This document shows positions 39,495-48,602 of a DNA stretch of 64,000 nt, in pieces; the stretch's first letter is position 1, and every line of letters starts with the position of its first letter. This stretch comes from an uncultured delta proteobacterium (GTDB lineage: Bacteria; Myxococcota; Myxococcia; Myxococcales; Myxococcaceae). Under the pieces are notes generated by a model, which saw only the letters and a list, made by a program, of their open reading frames with translations, was not told the DNA's origin and did no database searches. The position numbers and the translations under genes were made by a program. The stretch is taken from assembly GCA_963771175.1 (NCBI GenBank), contig CAVYSY010000039.1, forward strand, positions 256,001 to 320,000, written 5' to 3'.

Positions 39495-39908
39495 CTACCT
39501 GGGCATGATGACGCGGTCGATGATGTGGATGATGCCGTTGGACGCCTCGATGTCCGTCTTCGTCACCACCGCATCGTTCACCTTCACGCCCCCCTTCAGC
39601 CCCAGCGTGAACTCCTTCTGCGACGCCGTGCGCACCTTCGCCCCGTCCTGCATCTTCTGCACGTCCGTGGACTTGATCTTCCCCGGCACGCAGTGGAACA
39701 GCAGCACCTGCTTCAACTGCTCCTTGTCCTGCAACAGCGCGTCCAACTGCGCCTTCGGCACCTTCGCGAACGCCTCGTCCGTCGGCGCGAACACCGTGTA
39801 CGGCCCCGGCCCCTTCAGCGTATCCACCAGCCCCGCCTTCTCGATGGCACTCACCAGCGTCTTGAAGTTGCCAGCCTGCTGAGCCGTCTCGAACACGTTC
39901 TTCATCAT
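39495..39908 (-). CDS. Fasciclin (FAS1) domain protein without signal peptide
   Basis: GPYTVFAPTDEAF, VLLFH, DIEASNGIIHIIDRV; RBS aaggag. Confidence 0.92.
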   Translation of the reverse strand: MMKNVFETAQQAGNFKTLVSAIEKAGLVDTLKGPGPYTVFAPTDEAFAKVPKAQLDALLQDKEQLKQVLLFHCVPGKIKSTDVQKMQDGAKVRTASQKEFTLGLKGGVKVNDAVVTKTDIEASNGIIHIIDRVIMPR

Positions 39909-40151
39909 GCGCTCCTTGGTCGACCAGGCCCGTCGTGGACCTCGTTCGGCGGCAGTTCCACACCCTGTGGCACCGTCGGCCGTGCCCGACAGTGGAGACG
40001 CCTGCCCCCTCATGGAAGCCATCTCCTCCCACCGGGAGGGGCCCTTGTGCACTTCCAGGCTCTCGCTCCGTAAGCCCGCCAGCACCGTCTCCCACCAGGC
40101 GCTTCAAGCCCTGGGAATGTCGTGACACCCCTGCGCCGTTGCTCTGTTGTG

Positions 40152-40822
40152 ATGAGTACGTTCTCTCGGTTGCTCCACGTCCATGCAGCTGCGGCTTTCG
40201 ACAGGCAGCTCCGGCTCGCCGACCACGTCGGTGAGGCCGAGTGGGAATTGGACCTCGAGGCCGGCCGCCTCGTCTATGCGGCCCCCCACCGCCCCTCCTT
40301 CCGCGTCCACGTCCTCGGCCTCGAGGCGCCCGGAGAGGGCTGGCTATGGGCCTGGCATGCGTCCGCGCGCCGCTGGCCCGACAGTCTCCTCGAATCGGCC
40401 CACCGCATGCGCGCCCTCGGCGAGGAGACGCACGCCCTCCCCCTCACCACCCCCCGCCTCCCCGAGGGCGAAGTGGATGGGCTCGCGCTCGCCATGGTGG
40501 CCAGTGGCGCCTGCCGCGCTTCGGGCTTCTTCCGCTGCGACGTGCCCTCCGGCGTCCTCTACTGTCTCCTCGCCGAGCCCGCGCTCCCGCCCCTCGAGCA
40601 GCTCCCCGCCTGGCGCGCCCGCGACGTCTTCCCCCAGGTGCTCGAGTGCGTCTCCCTCCAACACCCCGCGCTCGCCTTCCTCTCCTACCTGCGCGCCCTC
40701 GGCCTTCGCACCGAGCAGCACGGTTCCCTCGTCCGCGGCACCGGCCCCGCGGGGACAGAATCTCCGCCACCTTCGACGCCCACGGCCACCTCGCGGACCT
40801 GCGCGCCGAGATGACGACCTGA
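40152..40822 (+). CDS. DUF6882-like hypothetical protein (frameshift near 40760)
   Basis: W..DL..G.L...VLG...WLWAW pattern; C-terminus ISATFDAHGHL in a second frame. Confidence 0.5.
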
Positions 40823-40878
40823 GTCCCTCAATGCACCGCGGAGACGCTCCCCCGCGGCTCCGGAGCTCGCCTCTGCTT

Positions 40879-41427
40879 CTACGGCCGCGCGTTGCCGGAG
40901 GCCGCACCCGCGGGCACCGGGAACTCCCTGCCCCACAGGCGCACCTGGGCCGCCTTGGCCGCGTCCCCCTCGAAGATGAGCGTGGCCTTCACCTTGGCCG
41001 AGGGCGGCACATTGATGGACGCGCCAAGCTGGCCCGGAGCGCCCGCCAGCAGCGGCGTGAAGAAGCCCTCCTTGTCCACGAGCTGCGCGCCGCCCCCGTC
41101 CTGCAGACCCAGCAGGTGGATGGGCTGGGCGACCTTGTTCGTCACCGCTAGCACCACCTCCACGCCCTTGGGCGAGGCCGGCTTCACCTCGATGACCTGC
41201 AGCTCCGTGCTGGCGAACACCTCGTCGGGCTTGGACAGCGTCTTGGAGCCGTCCGCGCTCTCCGCGCCCTTGCGGCCCTCCGCGATGCCGGCAACGACGC
41301 CACTGCCGGCCCCCTTCGTCACCTCCACGGCCTTGCCCACCACGGTGGCAGTCACATCCTTGGCCGTCTCGCCCTTGCAGGCGGACACGAGAATGACGAG
41401 CGGAACGAGCAGCATACGGCGGAGCAT
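40879..41427 (-). CDS. Hypothetical lipoprotein
   Basis: MLRRMLLVPLVILVSAC lipobox; high-GC3 ORF. Confidence 0.65.
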   Translation of the reverse strand: MLRRMLLVPLVILVSACKGETAKDVTATVVGKAVEVTKGAGSGVVAGIAEGRKGAESADGSKTLSKPDEVFASTELQVIEVKPASPKGVEVVLAVTNKVAQPIHLLGLQDGGGAQLVDKEGFFTPLLAGAPGQLGASINVPPSAKVKATLIFEGDAAKAAQVRLWGREFPVPAGAASGNARP

Positions 41428-41567
41428 GGGACCCCCTGTCCAGGAGAAATTGACGGGTCCGAATCTACTACACCCCGCGCGATGCGAAAGCCGTGGACGC
41501 TCCCAAGGCGGGTTCCGCACGCGAGCCCTTAACAGGGCCCCCATCCGGTCCTATACGTCGTCGCACC

Positions 41568-42221
41568 ATGTCACAGACGCATATGCGGGGATTGGGAAGT
41601 GGGTGTCGGATCGTCGTCACCGGTGGACCCGGGGGCGGGAAGACGACCGCGGCGGACCTGTTCCGCCGGGAGATCGGCGAGCAGGTGGTCATCGTTCCCG
41701 AGGCGGCGACACTGCTCTTCTCCGGGGGCTTTCCGCGGGACCCGGCTCCACTCGCCCAGCGCGCGGCGCAGAGCGCCATCTACCACGTGCAGAAGAACCT
41801 CGAGGACGCGCAGTTGGTGCGCTATCCCGGCCGCATCCTGCTGTGTGACCGTGGCACCGTGGACGGCGCCGCCTACTGGCCCGGCCCGCGCGATGAGTAC
41901 TTCCGGGAGCTCGGAACCTCACTCGAGGCAGAGTTCGCCCGCTACGACGCCGTCATCTTCTTCGAGAGCGCCGCAGTGGGGGGCATTGGCATCGAGGGCG
42001 GCAACCCCGTGCGCAACGAGAATCTAGCCACCGCGGTCGCGTTGGATACCCGGCTGAGGGAGCTGTGGTCCCGGCACCCGCGCTACATCCTCATCCCCCA
42101 CTCCGCCTCGTTCCTCGACAAGGTGACCCGCGGAGTGCGCATCCTCGAGAAGCTCATCCAGGAGGTCCGGTGCGGGGGGACGGGCGACCCCGCTCCATTC
42201 CGGCCGTCAACGGAGGGCTGA
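41568..42221 (+). CDS. AAA_28 / NadR-Ttd14-type P-loop NTPase
   Basis: RIVVTGGPGGGKTT, VPEAAT, LCDRG..D, YDAVIF, NPVRNE. Confidence 0.8.
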   Translation: MSQTHMRGLGSGCRIVVTGGPGGGKTTAADLFRREIGEQVVIVPEAATLLFSGGFPRDPAPLAQRAAQSAIYHVQKNLEDAQLVRYPGRILLCDRGTVDGAAYWPGPRDEYFRELGTSLEAEFARYDAVIFFESAAVGGIGIEGGNPVRNENLATAVALDTRLRELWSRHPRYILIPHSASFLDKVTRGVRILEKLIQEVRCGGTGDPAPFRPSTEG

Positions 42222-43715
42222 CGACGACTCGGCCGATGCACGTCCTCCCGACAGGAACGTCCGCGGCGAGAGCAGCAACACGCCGGACTCGGGCATGGCC
42301 ACCTCGAGCTGGCGTCCCTTCCTCGTGACGCGGATGTCACGCTCCGCCAGCACGTCCTTCATGGCACCGCCGGCCCCCAGCGTCTTGAAGCGCTCGGGGA
42401 GCAGCAGCCGCCCCTTCGCCGCCCGGCCGAAGTTCAGGACGACGAGGACCGGCTCCTTCGCCGCGTCGTCGTACCGCACGTAGGCCAGGGCCGAGCGGTT
42501 GCCCTGCACAGGCACTGGCATCCAATTCCCGGACGCGAGCGCCGGGAGCGACTCGCGCAGATGGATGAGCTTCCGGTAGTGCTCGCGGAGCGCATGCGGG
42601 TCCTCCCAGGAGATGGGAGGCGGGTCCTGATACGGCTCGTACTCGGCACCGACCTCGTCGCCCGTGTAGACGATGGGGAGCCCGGGCAGGGTGAGCAGGA
42701 GCGCGGCGGCCACCCGCGTCGTGCCCGGCCCGTGGCGTCCGATGAAGCGCTTCGCGGTGTCGTTGTTGTTGATGAACCGGGCCACCTTGTCGACGGGCGT
42801 CTTCCCCGTCTGGATGGCTGCATACAGATTGGGAGCCACCTCGTTCTTGTTCTCGAAGACCTTCTCCCAGGCCCAGTGCCCCAGGCTGGCGCTCCAATCG
42901 TAAGCCGAGTTGAACCCATGCCTCACGAAGTAGGGGTCGTGCGCACTCGCCTCCGCGAGCAGGTACACGTCGGGCTTCACCTCGCGCAGCTCCGTGGCGA
43001 GCTGGCACCAGAACTCGGGCCGACGCTCCTTCACCCCCCAGGCCACGTCCACGCGGAAGCCGTCCACGTCGTATTCGCGGACCCAGTACAGGAAGGCCTC
43101 CTTCATCATCTCGGAGACCTTCTGGTTGTCGTAGTTCAGGTTCGGCAGGTGCTTCCAGTCGAAGTAGTGCGTCACCTGGCCTTTGCCGTCACGGTCGTAG
43201 AAGTCGTAGTACGGCGAGTCCTTCCCCTTCTCGAGGACGTCCCGGTAGTACGGGTGCTCGTTCGAGGTGTGGTTCGGGACGAAGTCCATCATCACCTTGA
43301 TGCCGCGGGCGTGAGCCTGCGCCACCAGCTCCTTGAGCTCGGCCTTCGTCCCGTAGTCGGAGCGCACGTCGAAGTAGTCGGTGACGGCGTAGCCGAAGTC
43401 CCCCCCGTCGAGGGTCTTGTTCACGGGCGACAGCCAGAGGGCGTCGATGCCCAGGTCGCGCAGGTAGTCCAGCTTCTGGGTGACGTCCCGGAATGGCTGC
43501 TCGCCAAAGAGGGGCGGGACGACACCGTAGACGACGCCGCCGCGAACCCAGTCGGGATCGCTCACGGGACCGCAGGTGGGGGCGGAGGCCGTGGGAGCGG
43601 CCACGTGGGCAGCGGCGCCAGACTGCGCGAGCGCTGCCCCGGAATGGAGACCGCCGAGGGAGACCAACCCGACGGTCAGGAGAGCGACGAGGCTTCGTGG
43701 AATCAAGTGGAGCAT
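42207..43715 (-). CDS. Secreted alpha-amylase family (GH13) glycosidase
   Basis: signal peptide; GYAVTDY, DFVPNH, DGFRVDVA, LAE, NNND. Confidence 0.9.
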   Translation of the reverse strand: MLHLIPRSLVALLTVGLVSLGGLHSGAALAQSGAAAHVAAPTASAPTCGPVSDPDWVRGGVVYGVVPPLFGEQPFRDVTQKLDYLRDLGIDALWLSPVNKTLDGGDFGYAVTDYFDVRSDYGTKAELKELVAQAHARGIKVMMDFVPNHTSNEHPYYRDVLEKGKDSPYYDFYDRDGKGQVTHYFDWKHLPNLNYDNQKVSEMMKEAFLYWVREYDVDGFRVDVAWGVKERRPEFWCQLATELREVKPDVYLLAEASAHDPYFVRHGFNSAYDWSASLGHWAWEKVFENKNEVAPNLYAAIQTGKTPVDKVARFINNNDTAKRFIGRHGPGTTRVAAALLLTLPGLPIVYTGDEVGAEYEPYQDPPPISWEDPHALREHYRKLIHLRESLPALASGNWMPVPVQGNRSALAYVRYDDAAKEPVLVVLNFGRAAKGRLLLPERFKTLGAGGAMKDVLAERDIRVTRKGRQLEVAMPESGVLLLSPRTFLSGGRASAESSSALR

Positions 43716-43859
43716 GGGAAGGCAGCGGGCCGGACATCGGCCGATGCCCGGAAACCGCACATCGGGCGAGAAATCTTCCGCCCCCCACCTGCTCTCCTGC
43801 TCACCTGGCGCCCAGGGGGGCTCTTGCTACAGCAGGAAGTCCTCTCTCCCGCGCCCGGC

Positions 43860-44345
43860 CTAGTGGCGACGGGCCTCGGCACCGGGCTTCGCGGCCTCGG
43901 CAGGGGGTTGGACGCCGGGGCTGACGCCCGCCCCCAGCTGGGGCGCCATGCCCAGGTTGCGCAGCATGCCGTACACGTCCCAGTTCACCCATTGCTCGCG
44001 CTGCTTCTCGCCGGACATGCGGATGATCTCGATGCCGGTGACGGAGCCGCTGCGGTTCGTCGCGGGGTTCCCCAGAATCTCGCCGCGGTTCGTGCCCGTC
44101 GCCGTCCAGCGCACCGTAGCGCTGTCGCCGGAGACGAGGATCTCGTCGAGGCGGAAGCGGACGTCGGGGAAGGCGTTGCGGATGGTGCGCACGAACTGCT
44201 TGAAGCCCTCCCGGTCCAGATCAGCACTCAGCACATCGTGGTAGCGGAAGTCCGGCGTGCAGTGCGTGCTGATGAAGTCCACGTTGCCCTTGTGCCACAC
44301 CTCCTCGAAGAACTCGCGAGTGAGGTTTGCGATGTCGATGGCCAT
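43860..44345 (-). CDS. SnoaL-like ester cyclase
   Basis: FFEEVW..GN, AFPD, VRWTATGT..G...G.PAT.R. Confidence 0.85.
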   Translation of the reverse strand: MAIDIANLTREFFEEVWHKGNVDFISTHCTPDFRYHDVLSADLDREGFKQFVRTIRNAFPDVRFRLDEILVSGDSATVRWTATGTNRGEILGNPATNRSGSVTGIEIIRMSGEKQREQWVNWDVYGMLRNLGMAPQLGAGVSPGVQPPAEAAKPGAEARRH

Positions 44346-44584
44346 GATGCGGTGCCCCTTCGTGTGTGCTGGGCCCCTCCCCGCACGTAATATGGGGGCG
44401 TAGCCCCTGCGCGACACCGCCACTCGGGAGCAATGCGATCCAGCGGAGGAGCCACCCCTCCCGCGCGCCCGGGGCCTGCGGGGAGTCGAGCCGCCGTGCT
44501 CGCGCTCCCCCAAGCGGATCCGAGGCCGGAAGAAGTGAGCCCCCCGCCGGTGGCTGCCCGGCCGCTTCATCTCCTCTTACGTCT

Positions 44585-45646
44585 TCACTTCCCTTTCACA
44601 CGGGACACCCAGTCCTCCAGGGTCTCGAGGCTGCATCCGGAGGAGGTGTCCTCCTCGCTTACCCCCAGCGCATCGATGATCTGCGCGCAGCTGCAGCCGG
44701 CGGTGTCTGTGAGGGAGAAGTGTCGTCCCGGCTCGCCTTCGTTCGGCGATGTCGTGTTGAAGCGCCCATCGCCGTCGGTGTCCGCGAAGCGGTCCACGCC
44801 CGGCTGGCCCGAAGGAAGGGACTCGGGGAGCACGGTTCCCTCGCAGCGGTCCGCGCTATCGCAGACACCGTCCTTGTCGGTGTCAGTGCAGGTATCGCGG
44901 CAACAGAGCACGCCGCCAAAGCGGGAGCCCGTCTTGATGGCCGTGTACGCCTCGCACAGGCCGTTGTCATCGGCGTCCGTCGGGGCGTCACACGACCACG
45001 GCGAGCCAGCGAGCCCCGCGCACAGGTCGTCCGAGAACCGGTTGAGGACGCCACAGGTGGCCTCGGTTCCGAAGTTGCCGCAGCCGAAGAAGTCGTTTGA
45101 CGTCCGCGCGGTCTGCATACAGCCCTCGGTGCAACTCGCGGAGTCGCACTCCGGACCCGTCGAGGTCCCGTTGGCGCACACGGCGCAGCCGTTGGTGCTC
45201 TGCCGGGTGGCGAAGAAGAGAGGTTTGTCCCCCTCACGGGTCGCTCCCTCGCAGCCAGTGGCGGAGCGACTCGCGACCTCGGCGTCGCTCGTGCAGACGT
45301 GCCACCCGGGCGCGCAGAGGTCGGCCACGTTGCACCTGGCTCCTCCCGGACGCGGGCCATCGTCACCACCCTGGCGGCCGCAGGCGGGAGTCAGGGTGTC
45401 GAAAGTGGCGAGGCCGGGGCAGGCCGGGGCCTCGCCCGGGTTCTCCGTGTGCAGCCCGGGAATCCGCCATGCCCCGGCGCACCCCGCGATATCCGGCCAG
45501 CGAGAGATGTCCCGGAATCCCTCTCGCTGACGATCCGCGCAGCCGCTCGCGTCGGAGGGGTGGGCATACCCTGGCGCGGCCACCACCAGCAGAGCACTAA
45601 AGACAAGACCGCAGGCCAGACGAACATGTCGTCGCAGTGTGTTCAT
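44585..45646 (-). CDS. Secreted cysteine-rich protein with TSP3-like Ca-binding repeat
   Basis: signal peptide; over 25 Cys; LCAPGWHVC, GGVLCC, DTDKDGVCDSADRC. Confidence 0.7.
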   Translation of the reverse strand: MNTLRRHVRLACGLVFSALLVVAAPGYAHPSDASGCADRQREGFRDISRWPDIAGCAGAWRIPGLHTENPGEAPACPGLATFDTLTPACGRQGGDDGPRPGGARCNVADLCAPGWHVCTSDAEVASRSATGCEGATREGDKPLFFATRQSTNGCAVCANGTSTGPECDSASCTEGCMQTARTSNDFFGCGNFGTEATCGVLNRFSDDLCAGLAGSPWSCDAPTDADDNGLCEAYTAIKTGSRFGGVLCCRDTCTDTDKDGVCDSADRCEGTVLPESLPSGQPGVDRFADTDGDGRFNTTSPNEGEPGRHFSLTDTAGCSCAQIIDALGVSEEDTSSGCSLETLEDWVSRVKGK

Positions 45647-45844
45647 ACGCCCCCCCCGAATCCGGGCAGGCTCCGAGGAGCGAGCCTTCCGGTGATTGTT
45701 TGAGGCCAGAGAGATGAAGCGCGGGCCCCGCCCCCACAACCCGTCTCGGGGACCGTGGCCTCCACTTGGTGGAGGACAATTCGAGACGGGCCAAGGGAGT
45801 CATGGCGTCCCAGGTTCTTGATGACGGCCGCTCGCGACTCCCGG

Positions 45845-46642
45845 TCAATCCACGAGCGAGCCACAAGTCAGGTTGGCGATGGCGCCGGTCATCGCGCTGG
45901 CGCGATCCGAGGCCACGAAGGCCGCGAAGTTCGCGACTTCGGCGAGTGTCGGAAGGCGCTTCAGCAACGTGCCGGTGCGCGCATGTTCCGCCAGCATGTC
46001 CTCGACGGTGGTGCCGGCTTGCTTCGCGAGGCCGCTGAAGACTTCGCGGGTGTGCGATGTGCTCACCGCTTCGGGAATCGCATCTGGCCGCAGGCAGATG
46101 ACGCGGATGCCGCTGGGGCCGAGCTCACCCGCCAGGATGCGGGAGAACGTCTCGATGGCCCCACACGCCACGCCTATGCCCATGAACCCCGGACCCGACA
46201 AGCGCGATCCCGGTGTTGACAGCGTGAGGATCACTCCCGAGCGTTGCTTCACCATGTGCCGCGCGACAGCCTTCGCCGTGAGGAAATGCGTTCGCGTATA
46301 GGCCGTGATCGGATGCGCGAAGTCTTGGAAGGACAGCTCCGCGAGCGGCGTCCCCTGCACGTGAACGATGCCGACAGCGTTGAGCGCGATGTCGATGCCG
46401 CCCGCGTTCGCCGCCACCGCATCGGCGTGCTCGTCGATGGCGTTCTCGTCAAGAGCGTCGACTTGCGCGGTCTCGGCCAGGCCTCCCGCGGCGGAAATCT
46501 CCCGGGCCACCTGATCAAGCTTGGAGAGAGTGCGCCCGGCAAGGAAGACCTTCGCTCCCTCACGTGCGAAGGCACGGGCTACCGCGCCGCCGATCGCACC
46601 ACCGCCTCCGTAGATCACGGCGTTCTTGTTCTGAAGCAGCAT
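45845..46642 (-). CDS. Short-chain dehydrogenase/reductase (atypical)
   Basis: AVIYGGGGAIG, ELGPSGIRV, FVASDRASAMTG..NL; no canonical YxxxK. Confidence 0.85.
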   Translation of the reverse strand: MLLQNKNAVIYGGGGAIGGAVARAFAREGAKVFLAGRTLSKLDQVAREISAAGGLAETAQVDALDENAIDEHADAVAANAGGIDIALNAVGIVHVQGTPLAELSFQDFAHPITAYTRTHFLTAKAVARHMVKQRSGVILTLSTPGSRLSGPGFMGIGVACGAIETFSRILAGELGPSGIRVICLRPDAIPEAVSTSHTREVFSGLAKQAGTTVEDMLAEHARTGTLLKRLPTLAEVANFAAFVASDRASAMTGAIANLTCGSLVD

Positions 46643-46790
46643 TGCATTCTCCTTGGCATCAGGTTTTCTGGCCAAGGATGTCGGGGCAGGCAATCCCGCG
46701 ACATGTACCTCTGTCGCCTTATGGGAATTGCGCAACACCCTGAGGCCGCGGACCGCCGAGCCGATCGAATTCGGACCCAAGCCGAACGTG

Positions 46791-46893
46791 AGGTGCCGGC
46801 GATGAGGCCGAAGATGCCGGCGTGATCCAGCTTGCGCATGCGCTCCCGCGCGGCGTGGCTCCACGTGGGCCGGTGGTACAGCGTCGAGAGCCC
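46791..46893 (-). pseudogene. Internal fragment of a hemolysin III (PAQR) family gene
   Basis: reads GLSTLYHRPTWSHAARERMRKLDHAGIFGLIAGT (SxxYH and LDHxxIxxxIAGT signatures), no start or remainder. Confidence 0.7.
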
Positions 46894-46912
46894 GCGGTGA
46901 GCCCGCTTCCGC

Positions 46913-48412
46913 TCAGCGCAGGGGCAGGCCCACCATCGCCTCGGCGAAACGCTCGAACACCTGGCTCGCCGTGAGCGCGGGCTGCTCGTCGATGTTGCCC
47001 AGCATCAACGCGAAGACGACGCGCGGGTGCTCGGGATCATGCGGGCGCTCGGCGATGCCCACGTAGGCCTTCTGCCCCGACAGCGTCCCCGTCTTCGCGC
47101 GGATGCGTCCCCGCATCCCGTCGGTCACCACGCTGCCCGCGAGCGTGCCGTCCACGCCCGCGATGGGCAGGCTCTCCACCAGCGCGCTCGCGTACGGCTC
47201 CTTCAGGCTCGTGTAGATGACCTCCACCAGCCCGCGCGCCGTGGCCACGTTGTAGCGCGACAGCCCGCTGCCATCCGCCGGCCGCAGCAGCCGCGTCGAG
47301 ATGCCCCGGCGCGCCAATTCCCGCGCCATGGCCTCGCGCAGCGCGGGGTAGCTCTCGGTGCCCGTGCGCTCGCGGGTGAAGCCCAGGCCCAGCCGCTCGG
47401 CATAGAGGTTGAGCGACTCCTTGTTCGTCACCTTCACCAGCTCGGCCATGGACGGGCTGACGAACTCGAGGAGCGCCTCGCTCGTGGTGGCCGAGGGCAC
47501 GGCGGCCGTCCGCGGCGGAGTGGGCATGCGCCAGATGCCGCGCACGGCCAGCGCCTCTTCCACGCAGGAGGTGAAGAGCGACTGGGGCTCGTCGATGGCG
47601 ATGCGCATGGACGCCTGGCGCGGACACTGCTCCGCGGTCGAGCGCCACACGCAGCGCACCCGTCCGCTGCCCCGCTCGCGCACGCAGCCGAGCCCGGCCC
47701 TCTGGGCATTCGGGTCGAGGTACACGACGGTCGAGGGCGCGCCGAAGGCCGGCGAGTAGCGCACCACCACGGGCATCCGCGGCTGGGACACGCAGTCCTG
47801 CCCCTCGGGGCGCTCCAGCGACAGGTCCACCACGTTCTCGCGGAAGACGAAGGGCGTCGGGGCCGCGCTGTAGGCATAGGCCGCGTCGTCCCACGCCCAG
47901 CCGGGGCCGAACAGACCATAGAGCCCCTCGTCGGCGTTGCTCACCCGCACCGCCCCGTGCCACTGCCGGATGCCCCTGGCCTGGAGGGCCTCGGCGACCT
48001 GCTCGCAGGCCATGGTGGTCTCGGGAAAGCGCCACGAGCCCAGCGACGGGTCTCCCGACGCCTCCACCACGAGATCCCCGAGGAAGAGGTTGCCCAGCTG
48101 GGTGCCCTCGAGCCGCACCGGGGTGTGGAAGCGGTAGTCCGCCCCGAACGCGGAGAGCGCCGCGGAGGTGGACACCACCTTCATCGTCGACGCGGGCAGC
48201 AGGCGCACGTGCTCGCGGCGCGCGTAGAGCGGCACGCCCGTCCGTGCGTCCACCAGGAAGACGCTCGCCGTCGTGCCCTCGAGCTCCACGGACTCGAAGA
48301 GCGCGTTGGCCACCGAGGTCAGCGAGGGCGGAGGCGGACGGGTCGCACGGGGGAGACAGGCCGAGAGCGCGAGGGCGGCCAGCAGGAGCGGCGCGAGCGG
48401 GAGACGGCGCAT
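46913..48412 (-). CDS. dacB: D-Ala-D-Ala carboxypeptidase/endopeptidase (PBP4, peptidase S13), lipoprotein
   Basis: lipobox LSAC; PASTMK, SGDPSL, SLN, DGSGLSR, AKTGTL. Confidence 0.9.
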   Translation of the reverse strand: MRRLPLAPLLLAALALSACLPRATRPPPPSLTSVANALFESVELEGTTASVFLVDARTGVPLYARREHVRLLPASTMKVVSTSAALSAFGADYRFHTPVRLEGTQLGNLFLGDLVVEASGDPSLGSWRFPETTMACEQVAEALQARGIRQWHGAVRVSNADEGLYGLFGPGWAWDDAAYAYSAAPTPFVFRENVVDLSLERPEGQDCVSQPRMPVVVRYSPAFGAPSTVVYLDPNAQRAGLGCVRERGSGRVRCVWRSTAEQCPRQASMRIAIDEPQSLFTSCVEEALAVRGIWRMPTPPRTAAVPSATTSEALLEFVSPSMAELVKVTNKESLNLYAERLGLGFTRERTGTESYPALREAMARELARRGISTRLLRPADGSGLSRYNVATARGLVEVIYTSLKEPYASALVESLPIAGVDGTLAGSVVTDGMRGRIRAKTGTLSGQKAYVGIAERPHDPEHPRVVFALMLGNIDEQPALTASQVFERFAEAMVGLPLR

Positions 48413-48602
48413 GGGCCCAAGGTACCGTCCCCTGCCCCGGGCGTCGACGTCGAGGAGTGACACGGTGTGGAGCTTCCGTGCGCATGTCCACATGGGAAGC
48501 GAGGGAGCGGCCCGGGAGTTCTCGCGGAGGCCCTCGCTGGTAAATCATGCTATTCCTTGTTCCCTCTCATTCCTGCCCTCAGCGGAAGGCATGGTCCCGG
48601 CG

